From Gekko japonicus (lineage: Eukaryota): a stretch of DNA of 63,673 nucleotides. Shown here piece after piece: positions 11,661 to 24,044 of the stretch. The stretch lies in contig NW_015163604.1 in assembly GCF_001447785.1 (NCBI RefSeq), forward strand, positions 1,961,613-2,025,285, in the 5' to 3' direction. Made by a program: the position numbers and the translations under genes. Each line of letters starts with the position of its first letter. The stretch's first letter is position 1. A model generated the notes under the pieces. It saw only the letters and a program-made list of their open reading frames with translations. It searched no databases and had not been told where the DNA came from.

Positions 11661-11979
11661 GTGTAAACAGCTAGATTCAAGTCCAGTAGCTCCTCAAAGA
11701 CCAACAAAATTAGCTTTTGAAAGCTCCCTTCATCAGATACAAATTGGAATGGAGATCTCTGAGTCTTTATATCCTGGTCAGAAGGTGCGAGGAGTGTTGC
11801 GGACAAGGAACTCAAGATGCAGAGGTTCAATCCACACTGTAATCCACTAGATTTGAGCAGAGGAAAAATGTTTAGGGGCAGAAGATTAGCAATAGCATCT
11901 GTAGTGAAATAATAATCCTTTGTCCCCATTCCACCCCGAGGGACACTCTTATGTCCGCATGTTCTTATGTGTCGAAACT

Positions 11980-12180
11980 GGTTGGACTAGGATCTGGGAG
12001 ACTCAGGCTCGATTCCCCACTCTGACATGGAAGCTTGCCGGGTGACCTTCGGCCAGTCACATACTCTTGGCCTAACATACCTCACATGGCTGTTAGGATA
12101 AAAAGGAGGCAAGGAGAGTGATGTAAGCTGTTTAGGGTCCCCACTGGGGAGAAAGGCAAGGTATAAATGAACAAATAAAA
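11980..12180 (+). mobile_element. tRNA-derived SINE (Squam3-like), truncated
   Basis: ggactaggatctgggagactcaggctcgattcccc...aggtataaat. Confidence 0.7.
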
Positions 12181-13199
12181 CACACTGAATTACTTTCTGG
12201 AGATCCACTGTCTGCTTTAGAAGAATGCCTTTGCCTTTCCTTTCCCCTCGATATGTATATTTGTCCATAAAGCAAATACTACAGACTCATAGACTCTCAG
12301 TCCTCCCAAAGAACTAAAACGGGAACTGCCTGGAAGTTCCCTATAACAATACTAATATTTCCTTTGCTATGCCTAGGACTGGATCTAACAATAAAATTCC
12401 TGGATCCTGTGCCGATGATGACAACAGCAAAACCAGGCCACTCAAGTCAAGTTTCAGTCATGTGAGGGACACACCAAGGTAAAAGTGAATGTTAATAGTT
12501 TATTGCCAAACCAATACAGCACTTTCCTAGCTTCTTTGAATGCTCTCCAAGTCCTACTGCCTGCAACTCCTCCCTGCTAGTCTGCAGAGATCCTCTGGAA
12601 ACTCCCATCGCTCTATGTTCCCATAAGGACGTGTCTCTAAATTTCAACAATCACTACCAGCTAGGTAGGGATTTCTACCTACTCATTGGACTTCTCAGAT
12701 ATACAGATTAATATGACTTCATAAATTAAGCCAAACGAAAATGCCCCTCCCAAACAGCTTGAATACGTTTCAGAAGAGACAGAACGTCGACAGCAGCATT
12801 TTCTCCCCCCTTTCCTCTGTCATATGCCTTTCACTTTTGAAAACATTACAAATAAAAATAGAGATTACTGGCGTGAAGTAAGATGTACACTGCCCTAAAC
12901 TGTTTGAAAGGGCAGAGTAAACAGGTACTGGATGTAAAGTTTGGGATGTTGCCAAGTGGTAGGTTATAATTTACCACTGACAGGGTAATGGGCCTGGAGA
13001 AAAACATTCTGTCTCTTTAAAAGAGGCTTAATGTATAGAAATGGGCAGCGGAAGCTTTTCATGGCAGGGAGGTATGTAACATCACCTGGTATAATTTCTG
13101 CAGGAGGTTATATCCAGGATCAGTCTCACATCAGCTGCTAATTTAGATTTCATAGCCAATAATCTAATCCTATGATATATGCCAACTCTATGGGCACTC

Positions 13200-13612
13200 T
13201 CGTAATACCACATATTTTGGATCCAAAGACGAGCTTTAGTTGCTAAAGGAATCATTTTACAACACTGGAAATCTCAAGTATCTCCCTCTGTAGATGTCTG
13301 AGTCAATGATACGTTAAATATTTATACAAAAGAGAAAATAGCATATAACAGACGAGAAGCTCCCAGAAACTCCACCTCCATTTGGCATGACTTCTGGTAC
13401 CTATTCAGGCAAAGATATCTCCTCATGTTTATTCCCTGTTTAATTGAATCCATAATGCTGCACCTTACTTTCCTATCCTACACGCCTGCCCTCCCCCACC
13501 CCTGTCTTTCTCCGCTAATAGGACACATTAGGGAAGAGGGAGGGTGGTGGGTTATATGGGGTTTGTTTGCTGTTTATTTACTCTATGACCAGAGTGCCCA
13601 TTTTTATAAATA
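13200..13612 (+). mobile_element. L1-clade LINE 3' end
   Basis: ALVAKGIILQHWKSQVSPS...EKIAY...IWHDF resembles the non-mammalian L1 ORF2 C-terminus. Confidence 0.65.
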
Positions 13613-13614
13613 TG

Positions 13615-15170
13615 TGTTTATTATTTATTTGATTTATACCCTGCCCTCTCTACCGAAGCAGGCTCAGGGTGGCTTACAAAAGATAAGAACAATTATAACA
13701 TAAGTAAAACCATCTAAAAACAGTCTGATATCATAAAGTGCTAGCTGCTTGTAAGCTAATACAGTAGGGATGGCAGCAACAGTTGGTCTCTGGCCTGCTT
13801 TGTTCACCAGCTTCTTGATCTTTATCATATACTAGAAATAAGGCCCGTTGTGGAAATAAATACAACGAGATCTAGAAAGAGGCTCTGGGAGAGTGCTCTG
13901 GCTTTGGGCAAACAGTGTCAGTCTGCTTTTAAAACATGAATCTGGGACCTGCACACCACCAGAATACAGCAGATTCCATATGCAACTGACATTCCAACTG
14001 CCTTCCGAGGGGGGGGGGGAGTTTGAGGTGTGGAATGGAGTGAAGTCCAATCAGCTTCCATATGCAAAAGACCAGGTTGTCGCAGCAGTTGTGGTGTGGG
14101 CGGGACCCGGGCTTTGTCTTCTGATTGGTGGCGATATATGCTGAGGAGCAGTGCCATCAGCCATACACTAAGGGAGTGCATTTTAGAATTAGAACTTTGG
14201 CACCCACTATTCAATTATATATAAGGAGAGATATGTGGCTGGCACAGGCTGTAATGGTGGAGTCAAGCACAGGGCTCTGTCTTTCTTTAGTGATGTTGTT
14301 GTTGTTGGTGGTGGTGGTCCCTCAGGTATGTCGGCCCCTGACCATAAAGGGCTTTAAAGGTAAGAACCAGCACCTTGAAGCAAACTCGGAATGCTATCGG
14401 CAGCCAGTGTAATGCCTTTAGCAAAGGCTGGATGTGCTCCTGCATAGGGAGACCCATCAGGAGCCTGGCCACTGCATTTTGCACTAGCTGCAGCTTCTGG
14501 ATTTGTGACAAGGGCAGCTTCATGTAGAGAGCATTACAGTAGTCCAGTCTCGAGGTGACCATTGTATGGATCACTGTTGCCAAGTCATTGTGGTTGAGGA
14601 AGGGAACCAACTGCCTAATCAGCCAAAGATGGTAAAAGGCTGACTTGGTGTTGGCTGCTACCTGGGCCTCCATTTTTAGGGAGGCATCCAGGAGCACTCC
14701 CAAACTCCTAATCTCTGGTGCTGGCACCAATGGCACCCCATCGAAGGTTGAGAGTGGGATCCCTACCCTCGGACCGCCCCGACTCAGGCACAGGACCTCC
14801 ATCTTTGTTGGATTCAATTTCAGTCGGCTTAGTCTAAGCCACCCAGTCATGGCTTGTAGTGCCCAGTCCAGATCTTCTGGTTTAGAGTCAGTTCAGTGGG
14901 TGCCTTCGGGACAGCTGTTCCCCTAGTGCCACCCTTTGTCCCCGACCTTGGAGAAAGGAGGCAAGCCCTTGTAAGGCAGACCCCTGAACTCCCATGTTGG
15001 CAAGGTGGTGGATCAGTAACTGATGGTCAACCGGGCTGAATGCTGCTGACAGGTCCAACAGTAACACTACTGTCAGTCCACTCCAATCCAGAGTGCCTCT
15101 GGAGGTCATCCATGAGGGTGACCAGTGCTGTCTCCGTCCCATGGCTGAGGTGAAAACCGGACTGGAAGGG
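13615..15170 (-). mobile_element. L2 LINE (RT region and tail), interrupted by a Helitron
   Basis: LLDLSAAF and WLRLSRLKLNPTK...VTSRLDYCNALY...LHWLPI motifs; L2 tail at 13615-13680. Confidence 0.85.
13832..14231 (-). mobile_element. Non-autonomous Helitron (400 bp)
   Basis: Minus strand A|TCTCTCCTTATATATAA ... hairpin CGTTGT/ACAACG, then CTAG|T; inserted between A and T with no TSD. Confidence 0.75.
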
Positions 15171-15202
15171 ATCTAAGATGGAAGTGTGATCCAAAAAGCT
15201 CA

Positions 15203-18134
15203 ATAATACTAATACTAATACTAATACTAATAATAATAATAATAATAATAATAATATACTTTATTGTCATTGTACATAGTACAACGAAATTAAAGATGCA
15301 ATCATTTCGGTGATTTACAACAATATTTACAACACACCATTCGCAACTGTCCCATAACAACTTAAAACCACCAATGTCACCCAATTCCAATTTCATACAG
15401 CATTTAAGGCAATAATAGTTCTTGAATAAAAACTATTTTTTAATCTATTTGTCCTTGCTTTAATTGTCCTATATCTTCTGCCCGAAGGCAGCAGTTCAAA
15501 CCGGGAATGTTCAGGATGTGACAAGTCCTGCAAAATGTTCTTTGCTTTTTTAAAACATCGAGAACTATACAATTCCTCCAGGAATGAGAGAGGGCAGCCA
15601 ATGATCTTCTGGGCTGTAATAACAACTCTCTGGAGTGCTTTCCTCTCCACAGCCATACAACTGGCAAACCAGGCACAAACACAATATGTTAAAATGCTCT
15701 CTATTGAGCAGCGATAGAAGGACATCAGTGTTTCCTCACACAAGTTATTTTTCTTTAAAAGTCTGAGAAAAAAGAGCCTCTGCTGGGCCTTCTTCACCAG
15801 AGCAATGGTGTTAGCGCTCCAGGTCAAATTTTGCTCGATAGTCACTCCCAAAAACTTAAAAGTAGCCACCCTCTCCACTTGTTCTCCACTAATAACCAGT
15901 GGCTGGATGTCCGTTTTATTCTGCCTATAGTCCACTACCAATTCCTTGGTCTTGGTGGTGTTGAGGATCAGATTATTTTCCCTANNNNNNNNNNNNNNNN
16001 NNNNNNNNNNNNNNNNNNNNNNNNNNNNNNNNNNNNNNNNNNNNNNNNNNNNNNNNNNNNNNNNNNNNNNNNNNNNNNNNNNNNNNNNNNNNNNNNNNNN
16101 NNNNNNNNNNNNNNNNNNNNNNNNNNNNNNNNNNNNNNNNNNNNNNNNNNNNNNNNNNNNNNNNNNNNNNNNNNNNNNNNNNNNNNNNNNNNNNNNNNNN
16201 NNNNNNNNNNNNNNNNNNNNNNNNNNNNNNNNNNNNNNNNNNNNNNNNNNNNNNNNNNNNNNNNNNNNNNNNNNNNNNNNNNNNNNNNNNNNNNNNNNNN
16301 NNNNNNNNNNNNNNNNNNNNNNNNNNNNNNNNNNNNNNNNNNNNNNNNNNNNNNNNNNNNNNNNNNNNNNNNNNNNNNNNNNNNNNNNNNNNNNNNNNNN
16401 NNNNNNNNNNNNNNNNNNNNNNNNNNNNNNNNNNNNNNNNNNNNNNNNNNNNNNNNNNNNNNNNNNNNNNNNNNNNNNNNNNNNNNNNNNNNNNNNNNNN
16501 NNNNNNNNNNNNNNNNNNNNNNNNNNNNNNNNNNNNNNNNNNNNNNNNNNNNNNNNNNNNNNNNNNNNNNNNNNNNNNNNNNNNNNNNNNNNNNNNNNNN
16601 NNNNNNNNNNNNNNNNNNNNNNNNNNNNNNNNNNNNNNNNNNNNNNNNNNNNNNNNNNNNNNNNNNNNNNNNNNNNNNNNNNNNNNNNNNNCAGCAAGAG
16701 TTGGTTTATAGTTAGTTATATTCTGAATCCCCTGCCACACCTGCTGCATGTCATTCGTATAGAAATTATCCTCAATCTTCTGTTTATAGCCCAGCTTAGC
16801 CTGTCGAATACCTCTTTTCAGGTTGGCTCTGGCAGAGCTATAAAGGTTCATATCTCCAGACCTAAAGGCCATATTTCTCTCCTTCAAAAGTCGCTGTACC
16901 TCTCTAGTCATCCAGGGTTTTTTATTAGGATAGACCCGTATGCACCTATCCACAGTAACACTGTCTATGCAGTGTTTAATATAGCCCAGGACTGCCCCTG
17001 TGTATTCCTCCAGGTCTTGATGATCAAAAATATCTCAGTTTGTCCTCTCAAAACAATTTTGCAACTGATGAGAAGCATCCTCAGGCCAAGTTTTTACCAT
17101 CCTTCTTTTTACAGGAGCTTGTGACCTGAGGGTAATATATGTTGGTACTAAAAACAAGGACATACGGTCCGACTGGCCCAAATGTGGAAACTGCATGGCT
17201 CTATGTTTTATGTTAGAATAGACCTTATCTAAGGTCTTATCTCCTCGGGTGGCACATTTCACATGCTGATAAAACTTAGGGAGCACAGTCTTTAATTCAG
17301 CGTGATTAAAACCCCCAGCAATAATATGCACTGCCTCAGGATATTTATCTTGGTTACTACTTATAATTTTATACAAGTGTCCCAGTGCCGATTTTGCATT
17401 AGCATCTGGTGTTATGTAAACGGCAGTTGCCATAACAACAGTAAACTCTCTCGGAAGGTAGACAGGTCTACATTTAACAGTCACATACTCTACATCCAGG
17501 GAGCAGTGACTGGCAACAATCTTTGAGTCCTTGCACCAGTTGTTGTTTACATATATGCAGAGTACCCCTCCTTTGCTCTTGCCAGAGTCCCCGCTCCTGT
17601 CACAACGATGTATGGTGCGACCCACCAATTCAATAGCCGCATCCGGTATGGAAGAATGAAGCCAGGTCTCAGTAAAAAACCAAGACACAACAGTCCCCAA
17701 CAAGCTTATTCATTGTCACTTGAAGTTTTAGTTCATCCAATTCATTACTAAGTGAACATACATTCGCAAGAAAAATGCTAGGAAGTGGTAGCTTGTTTTG
17801 GCTCCTTCGTAGCTTTACCAACACACCAGCCCGACAGCCTCGCCTTCGCCTTCTATCCCTGCGCCACCTCCTTCTCCTCCTCCTCGTGGGGGTGGTAATC
17901 CACGTGGAGCCCGGCGTCCTAGATATCTCCACCGGGATATCGTAGGAGTGGAGAGAGTCAGCTGTAACTGCTTTTTCACTCCGCATTCCCATCATTAGAA
18001 GCTCCTGCCAGCTGTAGATATTATTTGCCCAGCAGAGTGTAACACAAACAAGTAGTAACTCAAACAAAAACAGCCATACAAAACACCGAAAGAGAGAGCA
18101 CAAAGCCGCTGCGTCTATGCGCACCGCCATCTTG
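15203..18134 (-). mobile_element. Near full-length Rex1/Babar LINE (APE endonuclease plus RT), frameshifted, 707-N gap
   Basis: 5' end caagATGGCG; Arg-rich tract, then PLPSIFLANV, FTETWL, RCDRS...GG, YPNKKPWMT and LNTTKTKELVVDYR...FKFLG...KKAQQRLFFLR...FYRCSIESILTY; (TAT)n/(TATTAG)n tail. Confidence 0.9.
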
Positions 18135-18602
18135 GATAGCAATGAAAAAAGTACTGGAGGCAGCTTGTTGTTGTTTAAGTTAGTCTTTCTCCTCTCTGTT
18201 AGGAAAAAAAATTAACTTTAAAATGTTTAATTTCTGCTGTTGAAGCGGGATCTTTAAAAAAGGTGGCGACCCATAATAAAAGTCAGAAGATAAGCTATAG
18301 CAAGAAAATAGGGATTTTAATGTACATTTCATTAGAAATTAATAAAATGCCAGATTTCTTGTATGTGTCTTTTACAATGGAACAGACACATCCTGAACCT
18401 TAGCACACTTATTTGGAAGTAATTCCATTTATTCTAGTGGAATTTACTTTCATGAAAGAATATATAGGATCAGAGCCTTTTTTAACTCTGAAACTATTAC
18501 TTTAATCCTATGTACACCTGAATCGAATAAGTCCCACTTTGCTCAGTGGGGTTTATTGCCAAATAGCTTTATGTGGGATTACAGTCATAGTTTCACAAGC
18601 AA

Positions 18603-18606
<4 letters not shown>

Positions 18607-18664
<58 letters not shown>
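18607..18664. repeat. (GA)n microsatellite
   Basis: Direct tandem repeat. Confidence 0.98.
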
Positions 18665-18667
<3 letters not shown>

Positions 18668-19238
18668 CACATATGACTGATAATGCTCTGTGTTGGAAGT
18701 TCATTAATGTAAAGCTGTCATTTAGATAGGATTTAAATGGGCGGGTAGGTAGGTGTGTGAGACGGCTACAACAGTAAGCTTGTAAAATAAGCTTGGTGAA
18801 TCTCTTTCATCAGTTTTAATTGAGCAGCCCAGCAGTGAAGAGCATCTAAAGGACTCCCTTATCCAGATTTATCAAGAGGTAAGAGATTTTAATTTTTACT
18901 TCTTGAAAAAGATTTTGGGAAATATTTTCCCTTACATTTGGAAATGTGAAGATTCCTCCCCCCCCAAAAAAAAGAAAGATATGGGATCTCTCTCTTTCTT
19001 TTGTTTCTAAGAAGAAATATGCATGCAGCATCATGCATTTTTCTCCCTCGAGAGAAATTGTTTAGAATAGAATGAGGAACATTTCTGGCTGTCTGGAGAA
19101 ATTTGTCAGTCTCTAATTAATATCTGTTAAACAAACGGAGAAAGAATGTATTTGCAGTTTTGATGGTATTGGTTCCCCCTTCTGTCTGGTTTTGTATTTC
19201 TGCTTAGTTCAGTGTTCTGTCTTTAATTGGGCAGTGAT

Positions 19239-19443
19239 CAATGTTCCCTCTAAGCTATGGAGTGGGTGAGCAAAATTTCCACTTTGTGAGCTACTGGCAT
19301 TAAAGTTGTGAGCAGGTGATTTGGCTAGTGCATAAATTGGTTTGCTCTGGAGCCCTCCTTCCTGAGCTAAGACAAAAATGTGTGAGCCGGAGGCTCAAAA
19401 ACCGTGAGCTAGCTCACACTAACTCAGCTTAGAGGGAACATTG
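19239..19443. mobile_element. hAT MITE (CARTGTTCCCTC family)
   Basis: TIRs; perfect TSD gcagtgat. Confidence 0.92.
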
Positions 19444-19577
19444 GCAGTGATATGTGTGAAAATAGATTTAGAGGCAGCAGCCCACAGGCGGAAGCCAAGA
19501 TTTATATGGGTCAGATGGGATTTTCTTAACTCTCACTGAGAGTTTGGGAGACCTGCTTTACAGGAAGGCTCTGGAGA

Positions 19578-19794
19578 TAGATCCAGGTGGGTAACTGTGT
19601 TGGCCAGGAGAAGCAGAACACAGTGTGAATCCAGTGGCACCTTTAAGACCAACAAAGTTTTATTCAAGGTATAAGGTTTTGTGTGCATGCAGACTTCTTG
19701 AGATACATATGAGTATATCTGAAGAAGTGTGCATGCACACAAAACCTTATATCTTGAATAAAACTTTGTTGGTCTTAAAGGTGCTACGGGGCTC
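19578..19794. mobile_element. Palindromic Penelope-like terminal repeat pair with decayed hammerheads
   Basis: Inverted arms across about 19634-19787; CTGAAGA-A-GTGTG-CATG-CACAC-AAAA on the plus strand. Confidence 0.78.
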
Positions 19795-20221
19795 AAAAGA
19801 ATACTCTGGTATTTAATGCTGTCTGAGCAGAAAAGGATGGAGAGGAGACTCTAGGTTATAAGGTCTATATGGGGAGCTTTATGCAGGCTTATGTTGATCA
19901 GACATCTACATTCTAGAACTAGGGAACCAAGTCTAAGAAACAAAATGTGTACCAGAGGTTTGGCGGCACATATGCTGTTTGAATTATGTGGCTATTGTGG
20001 GAGCACATTCACCACATTCTGTTCAAAATGAGCCATTTTGTTCTCCAGGACTGAGCTCAGGGGAAATTGGTTCTGTGGCTCTGTAGCAGAAGCCAGCTGC
20101 GCACTGCACTGATATCCTGGCACTTATAACATACTCCATCAGACCGTAGCCAAGATGGGGCCCGTGGGTGAACTGCTTTATTGGAAGTACTGGTTTGCCC
20201 CTCAAAAAGTGATTTTAAAAG

Positions 20222-20440
20222 CCCTGACCTGGATAGCCCAGGCAATTATGATCTCATCAGACCTTGGAGGTTAAGCAGGGCTGACCCCGTCAAGTACTTG
20301 GATGGGAATCCTCCAAAGAATACCAGGGCCATGATGCCGAGGCAGGCAATAGCAAGCCACCCCTCTGAACGTCCCTTGCCTCCAGGCCTCACGAGGGGTC
20401 ACCAGAGGTCAGCCATGACTCCCAGGCATGCACACGCAAA
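20222..20440 (+). mobile_element. 5S rRNA-derived SINE
   Basis: gatctcatcagaccttggaggttaagcagggc...gtacttggatggga...gaataccaggg follows the 5S rRNA sequence, then an RTE-like tail. Confidence 0.78.
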
Positions 20441-21145
20441 TACCAAAAAATGGTTTTTAAAAGGCTTTAAAAAACTTGGATATTGAACTTTTCTTTTTAA
20501 AGAATGACAACTTTTTCCAAATAGAAAAACTTCTGTTTTTTGAGTGGGTGCCTCCCAAATAGGGTTGGAGATCTCCCAGAATTACAACCAATGTCCAGAC
20601 AACAGAGGTCAGTTCCCCTGGAGAAAATGGCTGCTTTGGATGGTGGACTCTATGTCATTATATACCAATCAGGTTCCTTCCCTTTTCAAATCCCACCGTC
20701 CCCCTGGTTCCACCCACTAAATCTCCAGGTATTTTCCAACCCAGAGTTGGCAACCCCACTCCCAAAGTAGCAGTGTGACAAAATTGACCCATTTAATCCG
20801 CCCACCCCCTGTCTCAACCTGCGCTTTTCAAGAACCCCTTCAGCCCATATCCTGTTTCCTACATAAATATTTCCCTTTTAAGAACTGTCACAGTCAACAT
20901 GGCAAGGCTGTTAAGGAGTAACATTTGCTTAAGTTTAGTAGGAGACCTGAGTAGTGATTTTAAATTTTGGTTTTATGCTTTTAATCCATTTCATTTGATA
21001 TGTTTAATCTATGTTTGTAAGCCATCTTGAGTTCCGTACGAAAAACAGGTGGCCAATAAATGTTTTAAACAAAATAAATAACTTCAGAATGACCTTTATG
21101 GAATGCTTTCAATCTGAGCAGGTAAACTTTTCTGAGAGTAAAATA

Positions 21146-21784
21146 AGGGTTACCATATTTTAAAAAGCAAAAAAAGAGGACATATTTCCTGACTGACTAC
21201 TAGGCTTGCCAGCCCCCAGGTCCAGGCGGGGGATCCCCCAGTTTCGGGGGCTCGGCTCCCCCACGGACCAACTAGTGGGCAGGGGAAGCCCTGCTCCTAA
21301 ACAGGGACGTCGCTGTTCAACATCCCCGATGCAATGATGTCACCCAGAAGTGACGCCATCATGTTGGGGCCATCGCAGGGGATGCTCTAGTATTTGGGCA
21401 AACTCTATGGTTTTGAGGGCGAAAAAACCATAGAGTTTCACTCAAATACCATAGCGTCCCCATGCAATGTCCCCGACATAACTTTTGGGTGATATCATTG
21501 TGTCAGGGATGTCAGGCAACATCTCTGCCCATCCTTGGAACACCCCCCCCCCCAAATCCCCCTGCTGAAGTAACGACGGGACCTGGCAACCCTGCTTCAA
21601 ACAAGTGGTCACTATTACAAATCTCATTTTAAATACCTCTACTATTTAAGCTGTGACAATTGTTACTAACTAGGAATATTCCTAACCTTCCAGCCCCCAA
21701 AGAAGACATTTTCATTAGCCCAAAAGAGGATGGACACACAAAAAAAGAAATGTCCTTTAAAAAAGAGGACATCTGGTAACCCTA
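21146..21784. mobile_element. hAT-type MITE (AGGGTTACCA termini) with a nested TAGGSTTGCCAG MITE at 21201-21594
   Basis: Outer TIRs agggttacca / tggtaacccta with flanks gtaaaata / gtaaaaca; the inner element resembles 1639-2033. Confidence 0.75.
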
Positions 21785-23628
21785 GTAAAACAGCTATTCT
21801 TATTCGAATTATATTTTTCTAATGCCAACAAATTCTGGGTACTAAGGCTGCAATCCTTAGTCATTTCCAGGAGTAAAATAAAATGGAACTTTGCTTCTGA
21901 GTAGATTTGCATCAAATTGCTTCCTAAAATACTGGAACTGGTGTCATTTATAAAATTGAACCACTAAATGATTCTCCAGTAATTTTTTTGCCCATCTAGT
22001 AAAAAAAAAACATGACAACAGTCTTCCCACCCCCTATATCACTGGAGCAATTTTGCAACTCTTAATTAACTGGTAATTAATGTTTAATTACAGATTGCAT
22101 TTTTAATAACAGAAAGGAACACATGCTTTAAAATACCTGAAATATGGAGAGGGGTAAGTCCGATGACTGAATCTCGTTTGGATTTTTGGTATGTACACAT
22201 GTCTTTTACATAGTGAAGGTGACAATAAGCTAGACCCACTGGAAGACAAAAAGATTATGATCTTTGGTTTAATGTAATGCTTATCCACAGTATGTGCTGC
22301 TGCTCAGAAGCCTTTTTCAGTTGACACAGCTTTGGCACTCAAATGGCACATAACGGGAGAATGCACTACACATTATCTTCCTGATGCACGTGGTTGCCAT
22401 TTTGTATAAATAGGGCAACATGCATATTTTCAAGCTTCAGCACACATAATTAGCTACCCATATCTTTTGAGGGCCCACATTTGAACTTTTTAAAGCTATT
22501 CACACAAAATGGCCATCACTGTTTAAAGTGAAAAGGGCTAGAGACTAAATATGATGTTTAATCAATAGTTGAGGTATTTCAGCTCCTATCTTCCCACTCA
22601 CTGAGCAGCAGACAGTCTTCCCTTCTGAGGCAACCATCAGCTGTTCTGAAGGGAAAAAACCTCTCTCTCTCCCCCTCTCTGACACACACACTCAATTGTT
22701 AGTACAGGGGTAGGGAGAATCTATGTCTTTTGAGCTTACATGGGGGGAATGTATACATATGTTGCCATTTCAATTAAATGAAACATTCAGAGAGAAAAAT
22801 TGAAGTTTTCAGTTTTTGAAGGGAGCAAGAAAACATTCAGCTTGAGTTTCCAGTACTTAGTCAGCTGAAATAAATGTTAGTGGGTGCCCTTATGTGAAGG
22901 TATTCTAGTTATGGAAAGTGCTAGGAAGATATGGTGGGTGGGTGGGTGGCTGGGGGCTGAGAGTGATGGAGTATAAATCTTGCCATTCTCTTCCTTTCCT
23001 CATATTTTGAGACTCTTATGTTTCCATTCCCTTGATAGGGAGAGCAGTTCTTTCACCCTTCCTTTCTTCTGGTAGTGAAGTTTTGACAAAGTAGTTTCGG
23101 GCAAATAACACAACCCCAGTGCACAAACATAGATAAACCGTGAGCTTAGGAATCCATTAAATTTTAAACTGTGATTACTACCTGGAATTTGCAGGAAGTG
23201 GCTGGAATTTGGCTCTTCTCTATAACTAACACTATCTTTCTGTCCCTCCCATCATCTGTAGCACACCTCAGAGCTGTCTGAGAACCAGCATGGTGCTAGG
23301 GATTAAGGACAGAGGTCAAATCTAGACACTTAAGAGAGAAAGAGGCACTGAGAAAGGAGAGGGAAAGAACGTGAAAGACAGAAAAGGCAAAGGGTAGAAA
23401 AGTAAGGAAAGTGAATGAAATGAAGGAGGAAATAAGAGAAGCAGGATTAGGAAAAAGTGTGGAAGGGGTTAGGAAGCAAATTAGCAAAGAAGCAAGCGGA
23501 CGTTGAATTTGCTCACAGTCCAGTTAGAGTATATGAGTATCCCAAGGGATAAATAGAGGTCTCTCCATGTGCCATTTAAAAAACACAAATGGACGAATGC
23601 TACTCTGACTTCCTGGTGTGCTTGCAGA

Positions 23629-24044
23629 CAGGGGTCATTTTGTAGAAAAAGAGGTGCAGGAGCTCATTAGCATACCTCATTAGCATAACTTATTTGCATA
23701 TGCCACACCCCCTGACATCACTGGAAGTGTCAGAAGGCAACACCCACCGCTCAGGCTCCACTGGACTGTTTTGGATTGCTAGCTTTTTTGGGGGGGGGAC
23801 GTGCAGATCTGCCCTAGAAGAGTAGGGAGAGCTTGTACCTGAATAAAACTTGGTTTTAAAGGTGCCACAGGACTTTTTTGGACTGGGGGGCTGGGGGGGG
23901 GGGCTCTGCAACTTACCTGGCTGCTTCTTGCTCTGACTGAGGGCTGCTGGGAGCAGGGGGTGGGGCTTGTTGTATGTGCCCGCCCCTTGGGCTCTTTACT
24001 GCCGGAGCTCCGCTCCTGTGCGCTCCGGCAGGATATGACCCCTG
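23629..24044. mobile_element. hAT MITE, CTCATTAGCAT-motif family
   Basis: TIRs caggggtcat / atgacccctg; perfect TSD cttgcaga; close relative of 55689-56144. Confidence 0.92.

Noticed and set aside
15831-17124. Long ORFs of 294-434 aa in the ORF track
   Set aside because: Their length comes from the N-run; the real coding parts belong to the Rex1 element on the minus strand.
19533-19816. Mirror ORFs on both strands (PVAPLRPTKFYS...)
   Set aside because: Artefact of the palindromic Penelope repeat.
20240-20330. 5S rRNA gene
   Set aside because: Diverged, lacks the 5S ends, is fused to a SINE tail and recurs as dispersed copies.
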